Of a DNA stretch of 64,000 nucleotides, positions 1 to 13,768 are shown piece after piece. The position numbers were made by a program, and so were the translations under genes. A model generated the notes under the pieces. The model was not told where the DNA came from and did not search any database. It saw only the letters and a list, made by a program, of their open reading frames with translations. The stretch covers positions 217,808,001 to 217,872,000 of the forward strand of contig NC_086097.1 in assembly GCF_963921235.1 (NCBI RefSeq), written 5' to 3'. The stretch comes from Mobula hypostoma (lineage: Eukaryota). Position 1 is the first letter of the stretch. Each line of letters starts with the position of its first letter.

Positions 1-1166
1 TGGATTTTCAGAAGGCCTTTGACAAGGTGCCACACATGAGGCTGCTTGACAAGCTACTAGCCCATGGTATTAAAGGAATGATTCTAGCGTGGATAGAGCA
101 TTGGCTGATTGGCAGGAGGCAAAAACTGGGAACTAAAAGAGCCTTTTCTGCTTGGCTGCCGGTGATTAGTGGTGCGCCACAGGGGTCTGTGTTGGGATCG
201 ATACATTTTATGTTATGTGTCAATGATTTGGATGATAGAATTGATGGCTTTGTTGCATAGTTTGCAGATGATACAAATCTTAGGTAGAGGGACAGGTAGC
301 CTTGAAGAAGTAGAGAGACTACAGAAGGACTTAAGCAGATTAGGAGAGTGGGCAAAGAAGTAGCTGATAGAATACAGTGTCAGGAAGTGTATAGTCATAC
401 ACTTTGGTAGAAGAAATGAAAGGGTGGTCTATTTTTTAAATGGAGAGAAAATACAAAATTCTGAGCTGCAAAGGGATTTGGGAGTTCTTGTGCAAGATTC
501 CCTAAAGGTTAATTTGCAGGTTGAGTCTGTGGTGAGGAAGGCAAATGCAATTTTAGCATTCTTTTCAAGAGGACTGGAATATAGAAGCAAGGATATAACG
601 TTGAGACTTTATAAAGCACTAGTGAGTCCTCACTTGGAGTACTGTGAACAGTTTTGGGCCCCTTATCTTTGAAAGGATGTGCTGAAACTGGAGGCAGTTC
701 AAATGAGGTTTGAACAGCTTGTCATAGGAAGAGCATTTGATGGCTCTGGGCCTGTATTCACTCGAGTTCAGAAGAATGAGAGGTGACCTCATTGAAGTCT
801 ATCGAAGGTGGAAGTCCTTGATAGAGCAGATGTGGAGAGGATGTTTCCTGTGGTCAGACAGTCTAAGACCAGAGGATACATCTTCAGAATAGAGGGGCAT
901 CCTTTTAGAATGGAGATAAGGAGTAATTTGTTTAGCTAGAGAGTGTTGAATCTGTGGAATTCTTTGCCACAGACTGCTGTGGAGGTCAAGTCTTTATGCA
1001 TATTTAAGACAGAGGCGGATAGATTCTTGATTGGTCAGAGCATGAAAGAATATGGAGGGAAGTAGGAGATTGGGGTTGAGAGGGAAAATGGATCAAGCAT
1101 GAAGAAATGGCAGAGCAGACTCAGTGGGCCAAATGGACTAATTCTGCTCTTATATCTTATGGTCTA
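1..1166 (+). mobile_element. CR1 LINE, RT region to 3' end, degraded
   Basis: DFQKAFDKVPH, PQGSVLG and FADDT motifs with stops; 3' end tatcttatggtct. Confidence 0.92.
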
Positions 1167-1829
1167 ACTTTCTACATTGATATTATTATTTATTTAATGG
1201 AAATGCTCACTGTCTCATCCAGTGAACAACATGGAATATATTTTACTGCTATAAATCCAAAGACTTTACATTCTTCAAAGTCTTGTTGCAGAAAATGTAC
1301 TTTTTCCAACTATAAGAAGAATTGCTTTCAATAAAAATATAAATAAAGCTTCAATATCATACAGGGATGCCGATTTACCATAAATTAACACCCCAGTAGC
1401 ATTCTGGAATACATCAAAGGTTCATTTATTATCAAAGTATACAACTCTGAAATTCTTCTTCCGTATACCATAACAAATATACCATCAACCATATACTATC
1501 TATTTTCTCTGAGCAAAGCAGTAAAAGAAAGATCACAATTAAGCACTCAGTTCGGAGTCTCAAGGATGGCAAAAGTAGTAAATACCAATGTCTTCTAATT
1601 TATTGTCATAAAGTAACTTTTGTCTCCAGTACTTCAAATTTAAGTAGAATTGGTTGTTCAATTTATCATGGAATGATGCTAGCAATAATTTTGGAATGCT
1701 CACAATGAAGAAGACAGGGTCATTTTGTTATCAAATTAATTTCAATATGTTTGCTGTTAACTTAGTTATACCAGAAATAAAACGGGTGAGACCAGATATA
1801 TCAAGTACCTTAGCTCCATATGCAAAAAG

Positions 1830-2390
1830 TGGAATTTCCCAGTGGCCAACCATTTTAATTCATATCCCCATTCTCATTGTGGCATGTCAGTCCATGGTCT
1901 CCTCCTCTGCCATGATGAAGTTGGAAGAGCAACACCTCATATTTCATCTAGGTTGCTTCCAACCTGATGACATGAATATCAATTTCTCCAAATTCCGGTT
2001 TTTTTTTTCCTCTGTCCCTTCACTCTTTTTCATTTCCCCACTCTGGCCTTTTAATTCTTCTCCTCACTTGCCCATCACCTCCTCCTAGTGCCCCTCCTCC
2101 TTCCCTTTCTCCCATGATCCACTCTCCTCTCAGATTCCTTCTTCTCCAGCCCTTTGCCTTTTCCAATTATCACTTCCCAGCTTCTTACTTCATCCCCCTC
2201 CCCCACCTGACTTCACCTATCACCTTCCAATTTGTCCTCCTTCCCTTTTCCCCACCTTCTTATTCTGACGTCTTCCCCTTTTCTTTGCAGTCCTCATAGA
2301 GATGTCTTGGCCCAAAACATTGACTGTTTATTCATTTCCATAGATGCTGCCTGATGCTGAGTTCCTCCAGCACTTTGTGTGTGTTGCACA
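1830..2390 (+). mobile_element. Penelope-like element 3' fragment
   Basis: KLEEQHLIFHLGCFQPDDMNINFS (GIY-YIG C-terminus as at 27635-27953), pyrimidine tract, degenerate hammerhead, gatgctgcctga...gagttcctccagca tail. Confidence 0.8.
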
Positions 2391-3224
2391 CGTCATTGGG
2401 AACATTTAATAGATGGTAGGAGCTACATCCTTCCACCTCACCCCCGGCTATGACAACCTCAGGGAACCTAAAATCTAGAATTCCTTACTTAAACTCTGTG
2501 CAAACATTTCCTTTAGAGGTGTTAGTAATTCAAGGTATAGGCAGAAGGCGAATGCATGCTTAAACGATGGAAGAGAGGTAACAAATCAGATATCAGGTAT
2601 TTCATTTCCTTTCCTTTATAGAATGGGTTTCTGGAATATGAAGCAGGCTAGATTGCTGGGCACAACTTTCTATGTCTTAAAGAGGGAGCTGAACTAGCTC
2701 CTGACTTGGACATGATTTAACATGATTTTGGGAATTTCAGGGATGTTTTTGACCTTCTGAGCAACTGGAGAAGAATTTCTCAAAATAGATTTTCCCTTTT
2801 TTTTTACCCCTGCTGAACGGGGATGAAATTAAGAGGTTACTGGCCTTAATGTTCTAGAAATAACAAATGTAGAAGTGTCTTATAGATCCAGAGAGTTACA
2901 CAGCAGACACAGGCCCTTCAGCCTATCCCATTCATGTGAACCATCAAATATCTATTACTAATCTTACTTACCAGCACTTGGTCCATATTCCACTATGCCT
3001 TGGCGATTAATGTACTTGTCTACCCAGACAGCCCCTTTGTTCTAGTCCTGCCTTTTGCTTTATTATTTATAAGAGATTCTTCCAAAAGAGTTCACAACTA
3101 CTGTATTTTAATTCACAAATTAGAAAAAAGAATAACATTTGCACAGCTGTTTCATGAGCATCAAATGTTAAAAGAACTACTTCTACAATTTAGCCACCAC
3201 TAAAATATGTAAAAACTGCAATGA

Positions 3225-3398
3225 ATTACATGCGCAGCAAGATCACACAATCAAATAATGATCATATTATTTATTATGGTGATATTTGTTGACAGAAGAA
3301 TTTTGACAAGTATAATAGAGAAGAGTTCACCCTTTTCTTTGACTACATCACAATATCATTTACCTATGTTCGCCTGTAATCAGATAGGGCCTCAGTTT
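3225..3398 (-). mobile_element. Deu-domain SINE remnant (SacSINE1/AmnSINE1-like), continuing after 4187
   Basis: Resembles the reverse complement of the Deu domain (gcgcagcaagatcacaca...ataatgatca...gggcctcagttt); recognised from memory only. Confidence 0.55.
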
Positions 3399-4176
3399 CA
3401 TCATCATTATGTACTGTATCATATTGACGTGGGTGATCATGGTCTTATCCATGACCATGATTGTTCTTGGCAAATTTTTCTACAGAAGTGGTTTGCCATT
3501 GCCTTCTACTGGGCTGTATCTTTGCAAGATGGGTGAGTCCAGCCATTATTATATTAGATTAGATTAGATTCAACTTTATTGTCATTGTGCTGAATACAGA
3601 TACAAAGCCAATGAAACGCAATTAGCATCTGACCAGAAGTGCAAAAGAATAGTATTATTTACAAAATAACTGCGAATAGAAAGTAAGTGCTACAGCATAC
3701 AAATATATAAGTACTGAGACAGTCCAATATGGGTGCAATACTGCTTAGCGCTGGGATGTGAGGTTCAGCAGAGTCACAGCCTCAGGGAAGAAGCTCTTCC
3801 TGTGCCTACTGGTGCGGGAGCGGAGCTCCTGTAGCGCCTACCGGATGGGAGGGGAGTAAAAAGTCCATGGTTAGGGTGATGCATCCCTGATAATGCTTTT
3901 TGTCCCACCCAGGCTGCATTTATGGTAGATGTTATCAATGCTCTTCAGAGATTGTCAGCTTGGCGTCAGTAGTTGCATAACCAGGACTTATGATATGCAC
4001 TAGCTGTTCATATGACCATCCACCACCTCCTCCCTCTAGGTTCACCTGACCGTGACTGGGGGCGGGGGGGGAGCTAAACAGGTGCTATCCCTTGCCCAAG
4101 GGTAACCTGCAGGCTAGCGAGTGAAGCAGCGCCTTACACCTCCTTTGCTGGAGATGTATCCCCAACCTGCCACACA
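3399..4176 (-). mobile_element. RTE-related non-autonomous retroposon, interrupted by a Rex1/L2-type 3' fragment (about 3553-3935)
   Basis: 11-bp TSD ggcctcagttt (3388-3398) / ggcttcagttt (4177-4187); (TGA)n tail; BovB/RTE-like gaagtggtttgccattgccttc motif. Confidence 0.7.
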
Positions 4177-4309
4177 GGCTTCAGTTTAGGATGTCTGAAA
4201 CACATTTTCTTAGTAATAGTTTCATGGATATCCACCTTTACAGCTGTAAACATACCATCTGAAGACATTTTAAAGGTCTTCTGGTTTTCCAATTAAGATT
4301 ACTTTTTAC

Positions 4310-4426
4310 CTTTATATCATGAATCTGATTCTCTTCTGCCATGAATTGATTCAGGTTCTCAAGACAAGCCAGTTCTTTAATCTCATCAATGTTATTTTTC
4401 TTGATGTTTAAAACACTCAGGGAATT
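4310..4426 (-). CDS. PPP1R42: PPP1R42 fourth coding exon; gene continues beyond the left edge
   Basis: 117 nt, cag|...|gtaaaa; NSLSVLNIKKNNIDEIKELACLENLNQFMAEENQIHDIK. Confidence 0.94.
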
Positions 4427-4904
4427 CTGTGAAAATGGAAAGTAATTCAAAGAATTATATCAATACTACAGCACTGAAAGAGGCCATTTGGCCCATCATG
4501 TCTACACTGGCACTTTAGCAGTGTGTTGCTTTGGCACTTTAGCAGATTCAATCTCTAGTTCTTCCCACTAGCCCTTTTTCCATAGTTATATATATTTTCC
4601 TTCAATACAAATCCCTCTTTAAGGCAAAATAGAACTTGCCAACACCACATCTGCATTGTAGTGCATTTCAGATTCCAAATGCAAACAGTGTTAAGATATC
4701 TTTCCTTGTGTTGTTCTCAATTTTCTTCTCCTTTCTTTTACACCTGTGACTTCTAGCCCTTTACATTTCCACCAAAGGGAACAGTCTCCCAATAAGCACT
4801 CTGTCCAGACCCTCACCATTTTATACCTTTCTATCATATTCACTCTGTCTCCCCTGTCAACTTTCACATTTCTGATTAAATTAGTCCTGCCATTTCTACT
4901 TTAT

Positions 4905-5047
4905 CACAAACAAGAGAAAATCTGCAGATGCTGGATATCCAAGCAACACACACAAAATGCTGGAGGAATTCAGAAGGCCAGGCAACATCTATGGAAAAAG
5001 AGTACTGTCCACATTTTGGGCCGAAACTCTTCAGCAGGACCAGCAGG
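4905..5047 (-). mobile_element. Penelope-like terminal fragment
   Basis: aaatctgcagatgctgg...aatgctggaggaa terminus plus degenerate hammerhead. Confidence 0.7.
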
Positions 5048-5049
5048 AA

Positions 5050-5710
5050 ATAGAACGTAAATCTCTTCTGGACCCTTGCTTCCACCTTCATATCATTCAG
5101 AACTGAACATAACAGCCCAGTTATGGATAGGTCAGTGTTCTATAAAGATTCAGTATAACCTCTCCGTTTTTATCCTCAGTTAAAAAAGCAAAGAATTGTC
5201 TTTTCCCTGTTCTTAAAATTGCCACTTTCAATGATATAAACACCCATACTATCCGGGTCGTTCTATTCCTGAGCCCATTTTGGAACAGTATCTTCTAGTT
5301 TATATCACCCTTCTTTATCCTCCTTTCCAAAATGCATTACCTCACATTTCTCTGCCATGAATCTTCCCATTTATCAGCCTGTTTATATCTTGCTGCAGTC
5401 TATTGCTACTCTCTTTTCAGTTTCAATATTGTCAAATTTTGTATCATCTTCAAACTTAGATATTGTGAACTACACACCTTGCTGTAGGTCATTGGTATAG
5501 GGCAATAAAAGCAATGACCCTAACACCAGTCTCTGGGAAATGTTACTATTCGCTTACTCCACTTACACCATCCCTACACTTTCTGTTGTCCTGTGTTCAG
5601 CTAACTTGCTATATATGCTATCAGATTTTCTTTTAATCGAAGTGCTTCAGCTTTACTAAAAAGCCTGTTAGTGACAAATTTTCAAAAGCCTCTGAAGTCC
5701 ATAAACACCA
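5050..5710 (-). mobile_element. Old, highly decayed CR1 RT fragment
   Basis: Reverse strand reads KFEDDTK-like (tttgtatcatcttcaaactt) with flanking CR1-like sequence. Confidence 0.55.
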
Positions 5711-7049
5711 GAGAAGTTGTATGACATTCATTAACTCTGATAACTTATGGAGTGATTATATCAAATTGGTAAACTTTATGGATAACTTTTTGCATAGAAG
5801 TTATGTATTTATTTTAATTTTTCTCCTATCTTCTATACTGTATATCAGTTATTGAAAATTAAAATAGAATAGTAAAATGCAATTATCCAACCCATTAGGA
5901 ACCATTAACCCATTAACTTTAATTTCAAATAATTGCATTAATAATTGTTGGAAGTTACTAACATAGCAAATACAGTGAACATTTCAAAGAAAGTAATGCA
6001 CATCCTAACTGTGATTATAAGCATACAGTTCATATAATGCACTAAAAAAATCTCTCAATAAACTTTCCCCAAAACAAAGCAGGAAATGATTCCCACATAC
6101 AAACTTGCATAAAATAAAATGGTCACAATATTAATTTGTAGCATTTGAAGTCTTCAACCAGGGAGTGCAATTTCATATATTTTGTCCTACACATTCTCAT
6201 TGCTTAAAGTAGCTTTAATCAATACAACTTCAATTGATGTATTTATTGATGGTGTAAGTTGTAACTGATACTGATATAATCACAAGTGAAAAATTACAGA
6301 ATTGTTAAAAATGCAAAATAGTGAAACATTCAATTAAATAAGTTTGTTCAAATTATAAAATACTGTATATAATAGATCACACTTTGGGACAGGTTCAAAT
6401 GCTAAAGTGTAGAACATTAAACACTACCTCAAATAATTTTCTTTTATCATTATTTTACAGGACATCTGTATTTCCACAGGAAATGGGTGGTCAGTTAAAG
6501 ACAACCATATCAGTGGGTGTCCAATCAATTAAAGCCAGACTATAAGAGGATGATGGATGCAATCCCATAGTAGCCCAATCATCATTACTAACATTCGCTT
6601 TTTCTCTGCTTCGTAGGATTTGAATTTGTGTCTCTGGATCAACAATCTGGGTTTTCGGATACTTGCCCAGTATTTAAACACCAGTTACCCTCAATAATGA
6701 CTCTAAAGCCTGAAATTCTTTGGCAGCAGCAAAGGCATGTTGATCCATGGAAAGCATTTTTTTGTTTCATGCTATGTAAAAATGCATTAGCAACAAAAAC
6801 CCAAGGTACATGCCTCGACTGAATAACATTGAAAATAATTTGTGCTCTGCTCCATTGTGGAAGAAATAGGCAAATCTGTGGCTCTGGGAGGGGACAGTGG
6901 TAATGGAGGAGAGAGCCACTGGAATTGAAGGTAATGTTGTAGACCAATGCCTGTCAAGTCCTTAAGCTTTATGGATTGGAGCTGAGTAAGGACAAGAGGG
7001 TGGGTGTGAAGATTTAAAAGATCAGTGATTTGTAGCGGAATACAGTACC

Positions 7050-7425
7050 TACTGAATGTTGACAGGACCAGATAGGGTGGATGTGGAGAGGATGTTTCCT
7101 ATGATGGGGGTATCCAGAACTAGAGGGGTACAGCCTCAAAATTGAGGGGTGACTTTTTAGAATAGAGGTAAGGAGGATTTCTATTAGCCAGAGAGTAGAG
7201 AATCTGTGGAATGCTCTGCCATAGACTATAGTGGAGGCTAAGTCCATGGGTATATTTAAGGCTGAAGTTGATCGTTTCCTGATCGGTCAGGACATCAAAG
7301 GATATGGCGAGAACCAATCATCATTATATGGGAGTTGACTGGGATCCAGGATCAGCCAGGATGGAATGGCAGAACAGACTCAATGGGTTGAACGGGCTAG
7401 TTTTGCTCCCATATCTTATGGTGTT
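7050..7425 (+). mobile_element. CR1 3' fragment
   Basis: DRVDVERMFP...FFSQRV-type 3' sequence ending atatcttatgg. Confidence 0.85.
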
Positions 7426-7499
7426 CAGATTAACGTTGCACATTGCGAGGGGAAGGTCAGCACTATTGTTGGCAAGATGCAGGAAATCCGTTTAAAGAG

Positions 7500-8072
7500 A
7501 ACCACTTCTGCCAGGCTTGTTGCCCAGGGTGATCTTCCCTAAGTTCCTCCCCACCACTGAGCACATCTTCATGGAGTGCTGTTGCAGGAAAGCAGCACCC
7601 ATCACCAAGGACCCCGCCCCCACCCCCCCCACATTCAAGCCATGCTCTAATCTCACTGCTTCCGTCATGAAGGTGATAAGGTGGTACAGGAGCCTCAGGA
7701 TCCACACCACCATGATCAGGAACAGTTATTACCCCTCAACCATCAGGCTCTTGAACAAAATGGGATAATTTCACTTGCCCCATCATTGAATGGTTCTCAC
7801 AAGCTATGGACTCACTTTCAAATCTCTTCATATCAGGCTCTCGATATTTACTGCTTATCTATTTATTATTTTTTTACATTTATATTTTCACAGTTTGATG
7901 TCTTTTGCACATTGGTTGTTTGTCCATCCTGTTGAGTCTCATCTTTCAGTGATTCTATTGGTTTCTTGGATTTAGTGTGTATGCCCACAAGGAAATTAAT
8001 CTTGGGTTTGTATATACTGACATATATGTACTTTGATAATAAATTTACTATGAACTTGAATTTTGAACTTTG
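7500..8072 (+). mobile_element. Rex1/Babar-type LINE 3' fragment
   Basis: LPTTEHIF..CCRKAA.I.KDP...RNSYYPSTIRLLN; (tttgaac)n tail; same family at 30738, 34290, 35740 and 52375. Confidence 0.7.
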
Positions 8073-8214
8073 AGGAACTTGTTCTTCAGAGAGTTCCTGA
8101 GGGCAAGTGAACCTCAGAACAAAATGACCTTATTTTCCTGGTAATAAGAAATTAACAAGATGCTAATAATAGCACTTTGTAGTACTACAGGAAAGAAATA
8201 CTTAAAGATACCTT

Positions 8215-9478
8215 TGCCATGGTTTTGACAAAGGCAGATCATGCCTTATGAGCCTGATAGAATTTTTTGAGAATGTGATGAAGGTAGAGCAGTAGATGTA
8301 GTGTGTATGGATTTCAGCAAAGCATTTGACAAGGTACCCCATGCAAGGCTTATTGTGAAAATAAGGAGGCATGGGATCCATGGGGACCTTGCTTTGTGGA
8401 TCCAGAATTGGCTTGCCCACAGAAGGCAAAGAGTGGCTGAAGATGGGTCATATTCTGCATAGAGGTTGGTGACCAGTGGTGTGCCTCAGGGATCTGTTCT
8501 GGGGCCCCTTCTCTTCATGATTTCCATAAATGACTTGGATGAGGAAATGAAGGGATGGGTTAGTAAAAATGCTGATGACACAAAGGTTGGGGGTGTTGTG
8601 GATAGTGTGGAGGGCTGTCAGAGGTTACAGCGGGACATCAATAGGATGCAAAACTGGGCTGAGAAATGGCAGATGGAGTTCAACCGAGATAAGTGTGAGG
8701 TGGTTCATTTTGATAGGTCAAATATGATTGCAGAATATAGTATTAATGGTAAGACTCTTGGCAGTGTGGAGGGTCAGAGGGATCTTGGGGTCTGAGTCCA
8801 TAGGACACTCAAAGCTGCTGCGCAGGTTGACTCTGTGGTTAAGGTGGCATACGGTGCATTGGCCTTCATCAACTGTGGGATTGAGTTTAAGAGCCGAGAG
8901 GTAATATTACAGCTATACAGGATCCTGGTCAGACCCCATTTGGAGTACTGTGCTCAGTTCTGGTCACCTCACTACAGGAAGGATGTAGAAACCATTGAAA
9001 GGATGCCGAGGAGATTTACAAGGATATTGCTTGAACTGGGGAGCATGCCTTATGAGAATAGGTTGAGTGAATTTGGCCTTTTCTCCTTGGAGCAGCAGAG
9101 GATGAAAGATGACCTGATAGAGGTGTACAAGATGATGAGAGGCATTGATCATGTGGATAGTCAGAGGTTTTTTCCCAGGGCTGAAATGGCTAACACAAGA
9201 GGGCACATTTTTAGGGTGCTTGGAAGTAGGCACAGAGGAAATGTCAGGGGTATGCTTTTTTTATGCAGGGAGTGGTGAGTGCGTGGAATAGGCTGCCGGC
9301 GATGGTAGTGGAGGAGGATACAATAGGGTCTTTTAAGAGACTCCTGGACAGGTACATGGAGCTTAGAAAAACAGAGGGCTGTATGGGTAACTCTAGGTAA
9401 TTTCTAAAGTAAGTACATGTTCGGCACAGCATTGTGGGTCAAAGGGCCTCTTGTGCTGTAGGTTTTCTATGTTTCTAT
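8215..9478 (+). mobile_element. CR1 LINE, 5'-truncated (RT plus 3'UTR)
   Basis: ORFs 8466..8795 ([18 protein letters not shown]) and 8835..9278 (RPHLEYC); tail ttctatgtttctat. Confidence 0.93.
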
Positions 9479-9901
9479 ACATATAGTTTGACCAGATTTG
9501 TTTCCAGCATTTCCTTATTTTATATTAGAAACAAAATTGCTTTATTTCATTTGCATTCCCTACCTTTCACATGCAAATACTACTCTTTCTTTTTAAAATA
9601 ATTATTTGTTTGGGCAATGTATCACAATCAAAACTTGGGATTGCATTCAATATTTACATACCATAGCTACTATGGAGTTAGACTGACCACCTGTCAGAGC
9701 TGTGAGAAACCCAGTCCTCTTTATAAAAAGCCCATGAAAATTATTTGACGAGAAACAGAATGTGTTATCATTTTTATTACTAACCTTGAATTCATTATCA
9801 AATATGCTGGCAACACTCTTTAAACCTATCTACCATGCGAAATGCTGTTAATTAAGATATACAGTTCCATAATATCAGAGCTTTGTGTCAAAACTAATTC
9901 A

Positions 9902-10090
<189 letters not shown>

Positions 10091-10704
10091 CTATAATAGA
10101 GTGCATCGTATAAAGAGGCTTCTTAACTGTGCCAGTGGATAAAGTACTGTCTACAACTCGCTTTGGTCTAAAAAAGACACATCAAACCTGCAACAGGTGA
10201 CAGGTCAACAAGTGTGTTGTCCTTGACAACCTGCTGGAAAATTCTTATGCTTGTACAATATACTGCACAATAGAATGGTATCTGTGCATTTTCTGCATAT
10301 AAAGACCTTCCTTCCATTCACTTCCCACAGGGAATTAAGTAGAAGAGGTCAGATAAACCATAAATCATGGGGGCATTGGCATGAAGAGAGGCCTGGAGTT
10401 TAAAGACGCCAAAATGTTACTTAGGGATGAGATGTTAGGATCTTGAGCTTGTTTTGGGATATTGGTGGGTTTGTGATGGCTGCTGCTGTTTGGAGGAGTT
10501 CACCATCGTGCTTGGGTGACAGCAATGGCTGATAATAGCTATGTTCACAATCAGGTAGCGGTGGCTTCTACAGTCATTTGAGGACCCACTAATAGACAAC
10601 CCCTTAGGAGAACATCATACTTGACTTCAGTGATTGCATTGGTAGTGGTACTTAAGTGGGAGCACATTCATTGTGAAAGCATCTAATTCACAGGTCATAC
10701 CATT

Positions 10705-11745
10705 AGACCATAAGACAGAGGAGCAGAATTAAGCAAAACAGCCCTTCAGGTTTGTCTACCACTGCCTCCTCCTCATAACTTCTGATACCCTTACTAATCA
10801 AGAATGAATCAACCTCTGCTTTAAATATACCGAATGACTTGGCCTCCACAAACGTCTGTGGCAGTGAATTCCAGATTCACTACCCTCTGGCTAAAGAAAT
10901 TCCACCTTATCTCTATTCCAAATGGACACCCCTCTATTCTGAGTCTGTGCTCTTTGCAATTAGACTCCCTCACTATAGGAAACATCCTCTTAATAGGAAA
11001 CAGGTTTCATTTAGATCTCCCCTCTTTTTTCTAAACTCTAATGAGTACAGGCCCAGAACCTTCAAATGCTCCACACATGTTAACCCATTCATTCCCAGAA
11101 TAATTCTTATGAACCTCCTCTGGACCCTCTCCAAAGCCAGTACATTTTTTCTTAGATAAGGGGCTCATAATACCTCAAGTGCAGTCTGACCAATGCCTTA
11201 CAAAGCCTTAGCATTACATCCTTCCTTTTATGTTCCAGTCCTCTCAAAATGAATACCAACATTGCATTTACCACTGATTCAACCTTCAAGTTAACCTTTA
11301 AGGAATCCTGCACAAAGACTCCCAAGTACTTTTGCACCTCTGATTTAAAATTTTTCTCCCCGTTTAGAAAGTAGTGTGTTTTTATTCCTTCTATCAAAGT
11401 GCATGACCATACACTTCCTGAACTATATCCCATCTGCCACTTATTTGGCCCTTTTCCCAATCTGTCTTAAATCTTTTTGCAGGACTCCCTGCTTCCTCAA
11501 CACTACATGCCCCTCCATCTATCTCCATATTGTTCACAAACTTGGCCACAAAGCTATCAATTCCATCATCCAGATCATTGCCATATAATGTGAAAAAAAA
11601 ACACCAACCCCTGAGGAACACCATTTGTTACTGTCAGCCTGCTACAAAAGTCCCTCTATATTCCCACTCTTTGCTTCCTGCCAGTCAGCCAATCTGCTAT
11701 CCACACAAGTATATTTTTCTGTAAAATCATCATCAATACCAGCCT
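10705..11745 (-). mobile_element. CR1 RT/3' fragment
   Basis: ORFs 11152..11460 and 11394..11624 are CR1 RT; agaccataagac tail. Confidence 0.88.
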
Positions 11746-12053
11746 CGTGTGCCATATACACCTAAGAATGAATATAAGGAAGTGCTATGCAACCATAGGA
11801 TCCCACTGCATATGTCTGGTGTCCCAACCCATAACAATGGCTTACATGTTGAAAACCTGGAAGCAATTTGATGATCTCTGCAAAAGAAACAACAAGCATC
11901 TGATCCCTTTAATCAGTTTTCTAATAACATTTTACTATGTAATAGACATATGTCACTACACATTGGAATTGAGAATCTTTAAGTTTTCAGTCATATACCA
12001 CAGTCTCTAGAGACCCCAAGGATTGATTGCTTTGGACCCTTTCTATTTCTCTA

Positions 12054-12760
12054 CACTCAGTGGCCACTTTATTAGGGATGTCTGTACACTTGCTCGTTAA
12101 TGCAAATAGCTTTCAAAGATCTTTGCTCGTTTTCTGAGTACGTGTTAGTGATACAAAAAACTATGAGCATTTGGCAGGAGAGAGAAAGTAGGGAAGGCAA
12201 AAATGATGCTATATATACTCAGTGGCCTCTTTATTAGGGATTCCTGTACACCTGCTTGCTAATGCAAATACACTTTCTAAATCAGCCAATCATATGCCTG
12301 CAACTCAATGCATAAAAGCAACAGACATGGTCAAGAGGTTCAGTTATTGTTCAGATCAAACACCAGACTAGGGAAGAAATGTGATCTAAGTGACTTTGAC
12401 CGTGGAATGATTGTTGATGTCAGATAGGGTGGTTTGAGTATTTCAGAAACTGCTAATCTCCTGAGGTTTTCACACACAACAGTCTCTGGAGTTTACAGGG
12501 TATGGTGTGAAAACCAGAAAAATTCAATGAGTGCTAGTTCTGTGGGGAATATGCTTTGTTAATGAGAAAGGTCAGAGGAGAATGGCCTGACTGCTTCAAT
12601 CTGACTGGAAGGTGATAGTAACTCAAATAACCACTTATTACAATAGTGGTGTGCAGAAGAGCATCTCTGAATTACACTTCACATTGAACTTTGAAATGGA
12701 TGGGCAACAGCAGCAGAAAACCACATACATACACACAGTGGCCATTTTATTAGGCACAGG
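12054..12760 (+). mobile_element. Tc1-like transposon remnant with repeated left-end motif
   Basis: cactcagtggccactttattagg at 12054, about 12216 and about 12732; transposase N-terminus GKKCDLSDFDRGMIV...LSISETA.LL.FSHTTVS at about 12370-12500. Confidence 0.8.
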
Positions 12761-13768
12761 AGATTCCTCATCAGCCTCTCTCCCGCTTCCTCCATTGTTT
12801 CTGTGGTCTCTGAATCCTTGTCTGATATCGGGCTTAACCCAAATAAAAATGTTTGTTCTCCAGCCATTGATTCCACTCATCTCTCTGATCAGTGTTTCAG
12901 AAGGACCCAGACATCTTGCAAACAGCAAAACTGATTTAATTAGCTGTCAATAATAATATTTCTCAAACACAAAGATAATCATCCAAAATTGCCTATTTCT
13001 GCCTCAGACCCTCTACTATAGAAGTCATCATCCATCGTTCTGTTAACTCCAACATCAAGATTCTAAACATTTTAGATGACCTCTTACCTTCTCATTAATC
13101 AGAGCTCATTCAAAGCTCTGATGTCCACAGTTGACATCTCTTATTCACTCACAAGACCAATCCAGATAGAAGTAGAATTAGACTATTCATCACATCAAGT
13201 ATGCTTTGCCATTCAATCATGGCCAATTTATTTTCCTTCTCAACCCTATTCTATACAGGAGCCTTCTACCTGTAACCTTACTGATCAAGAAACTATCAAT
13301 CTCTGTTTTAAATTTAAATACACCCAATGACTTGGCATCCACAGGCATCTGTGGCAATAAATTGCACAGATTCACCACCCTTTGGCTAAATAAATTCCTC
13401 TTCACCTCAGTTCTAAATGGTCATCCCTGAGGCTGTGCCCTCTGGCCCTAGAAACCCCCACTACGAAACATCTTCTCCACATCCACTCTATCTAGGCCAT
13501 TCAATATTCAACAGGTTTCATTGAGATCTTCCCTCATCTTTCTAAGCTCCAGTGAGTACAAGCCCAGAGCCAACAAATACTCCTCATACATTAACCCTTT
13601 CATTTCTGGAATCACTCGTGATCCTCCTCTGGACCCCTTCCAATGCTTGCACATCTTTTCCTAAATAAGGAGCCAAAAAGTGGCCACAATACTCCAGTGC
13701 TGTATGTCTAATGCCTTGGAAAGCCTCAGCATTATATCCTTGCTTTTATTTTCTAGTCCTCTTGAAAT

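Noticed and set aside
1167..4309. Further PPP1R42 exons
   Set aside because: No LRR or LRR-cap coding segment with splice sites found by eye; the next exon is presumably outside the window
12054..12760. CRISPR-like direct repeats
   Set aside because: Only three copies with irregular spacing (about 160 and 515 bp); they are Tc1 terminal sequences
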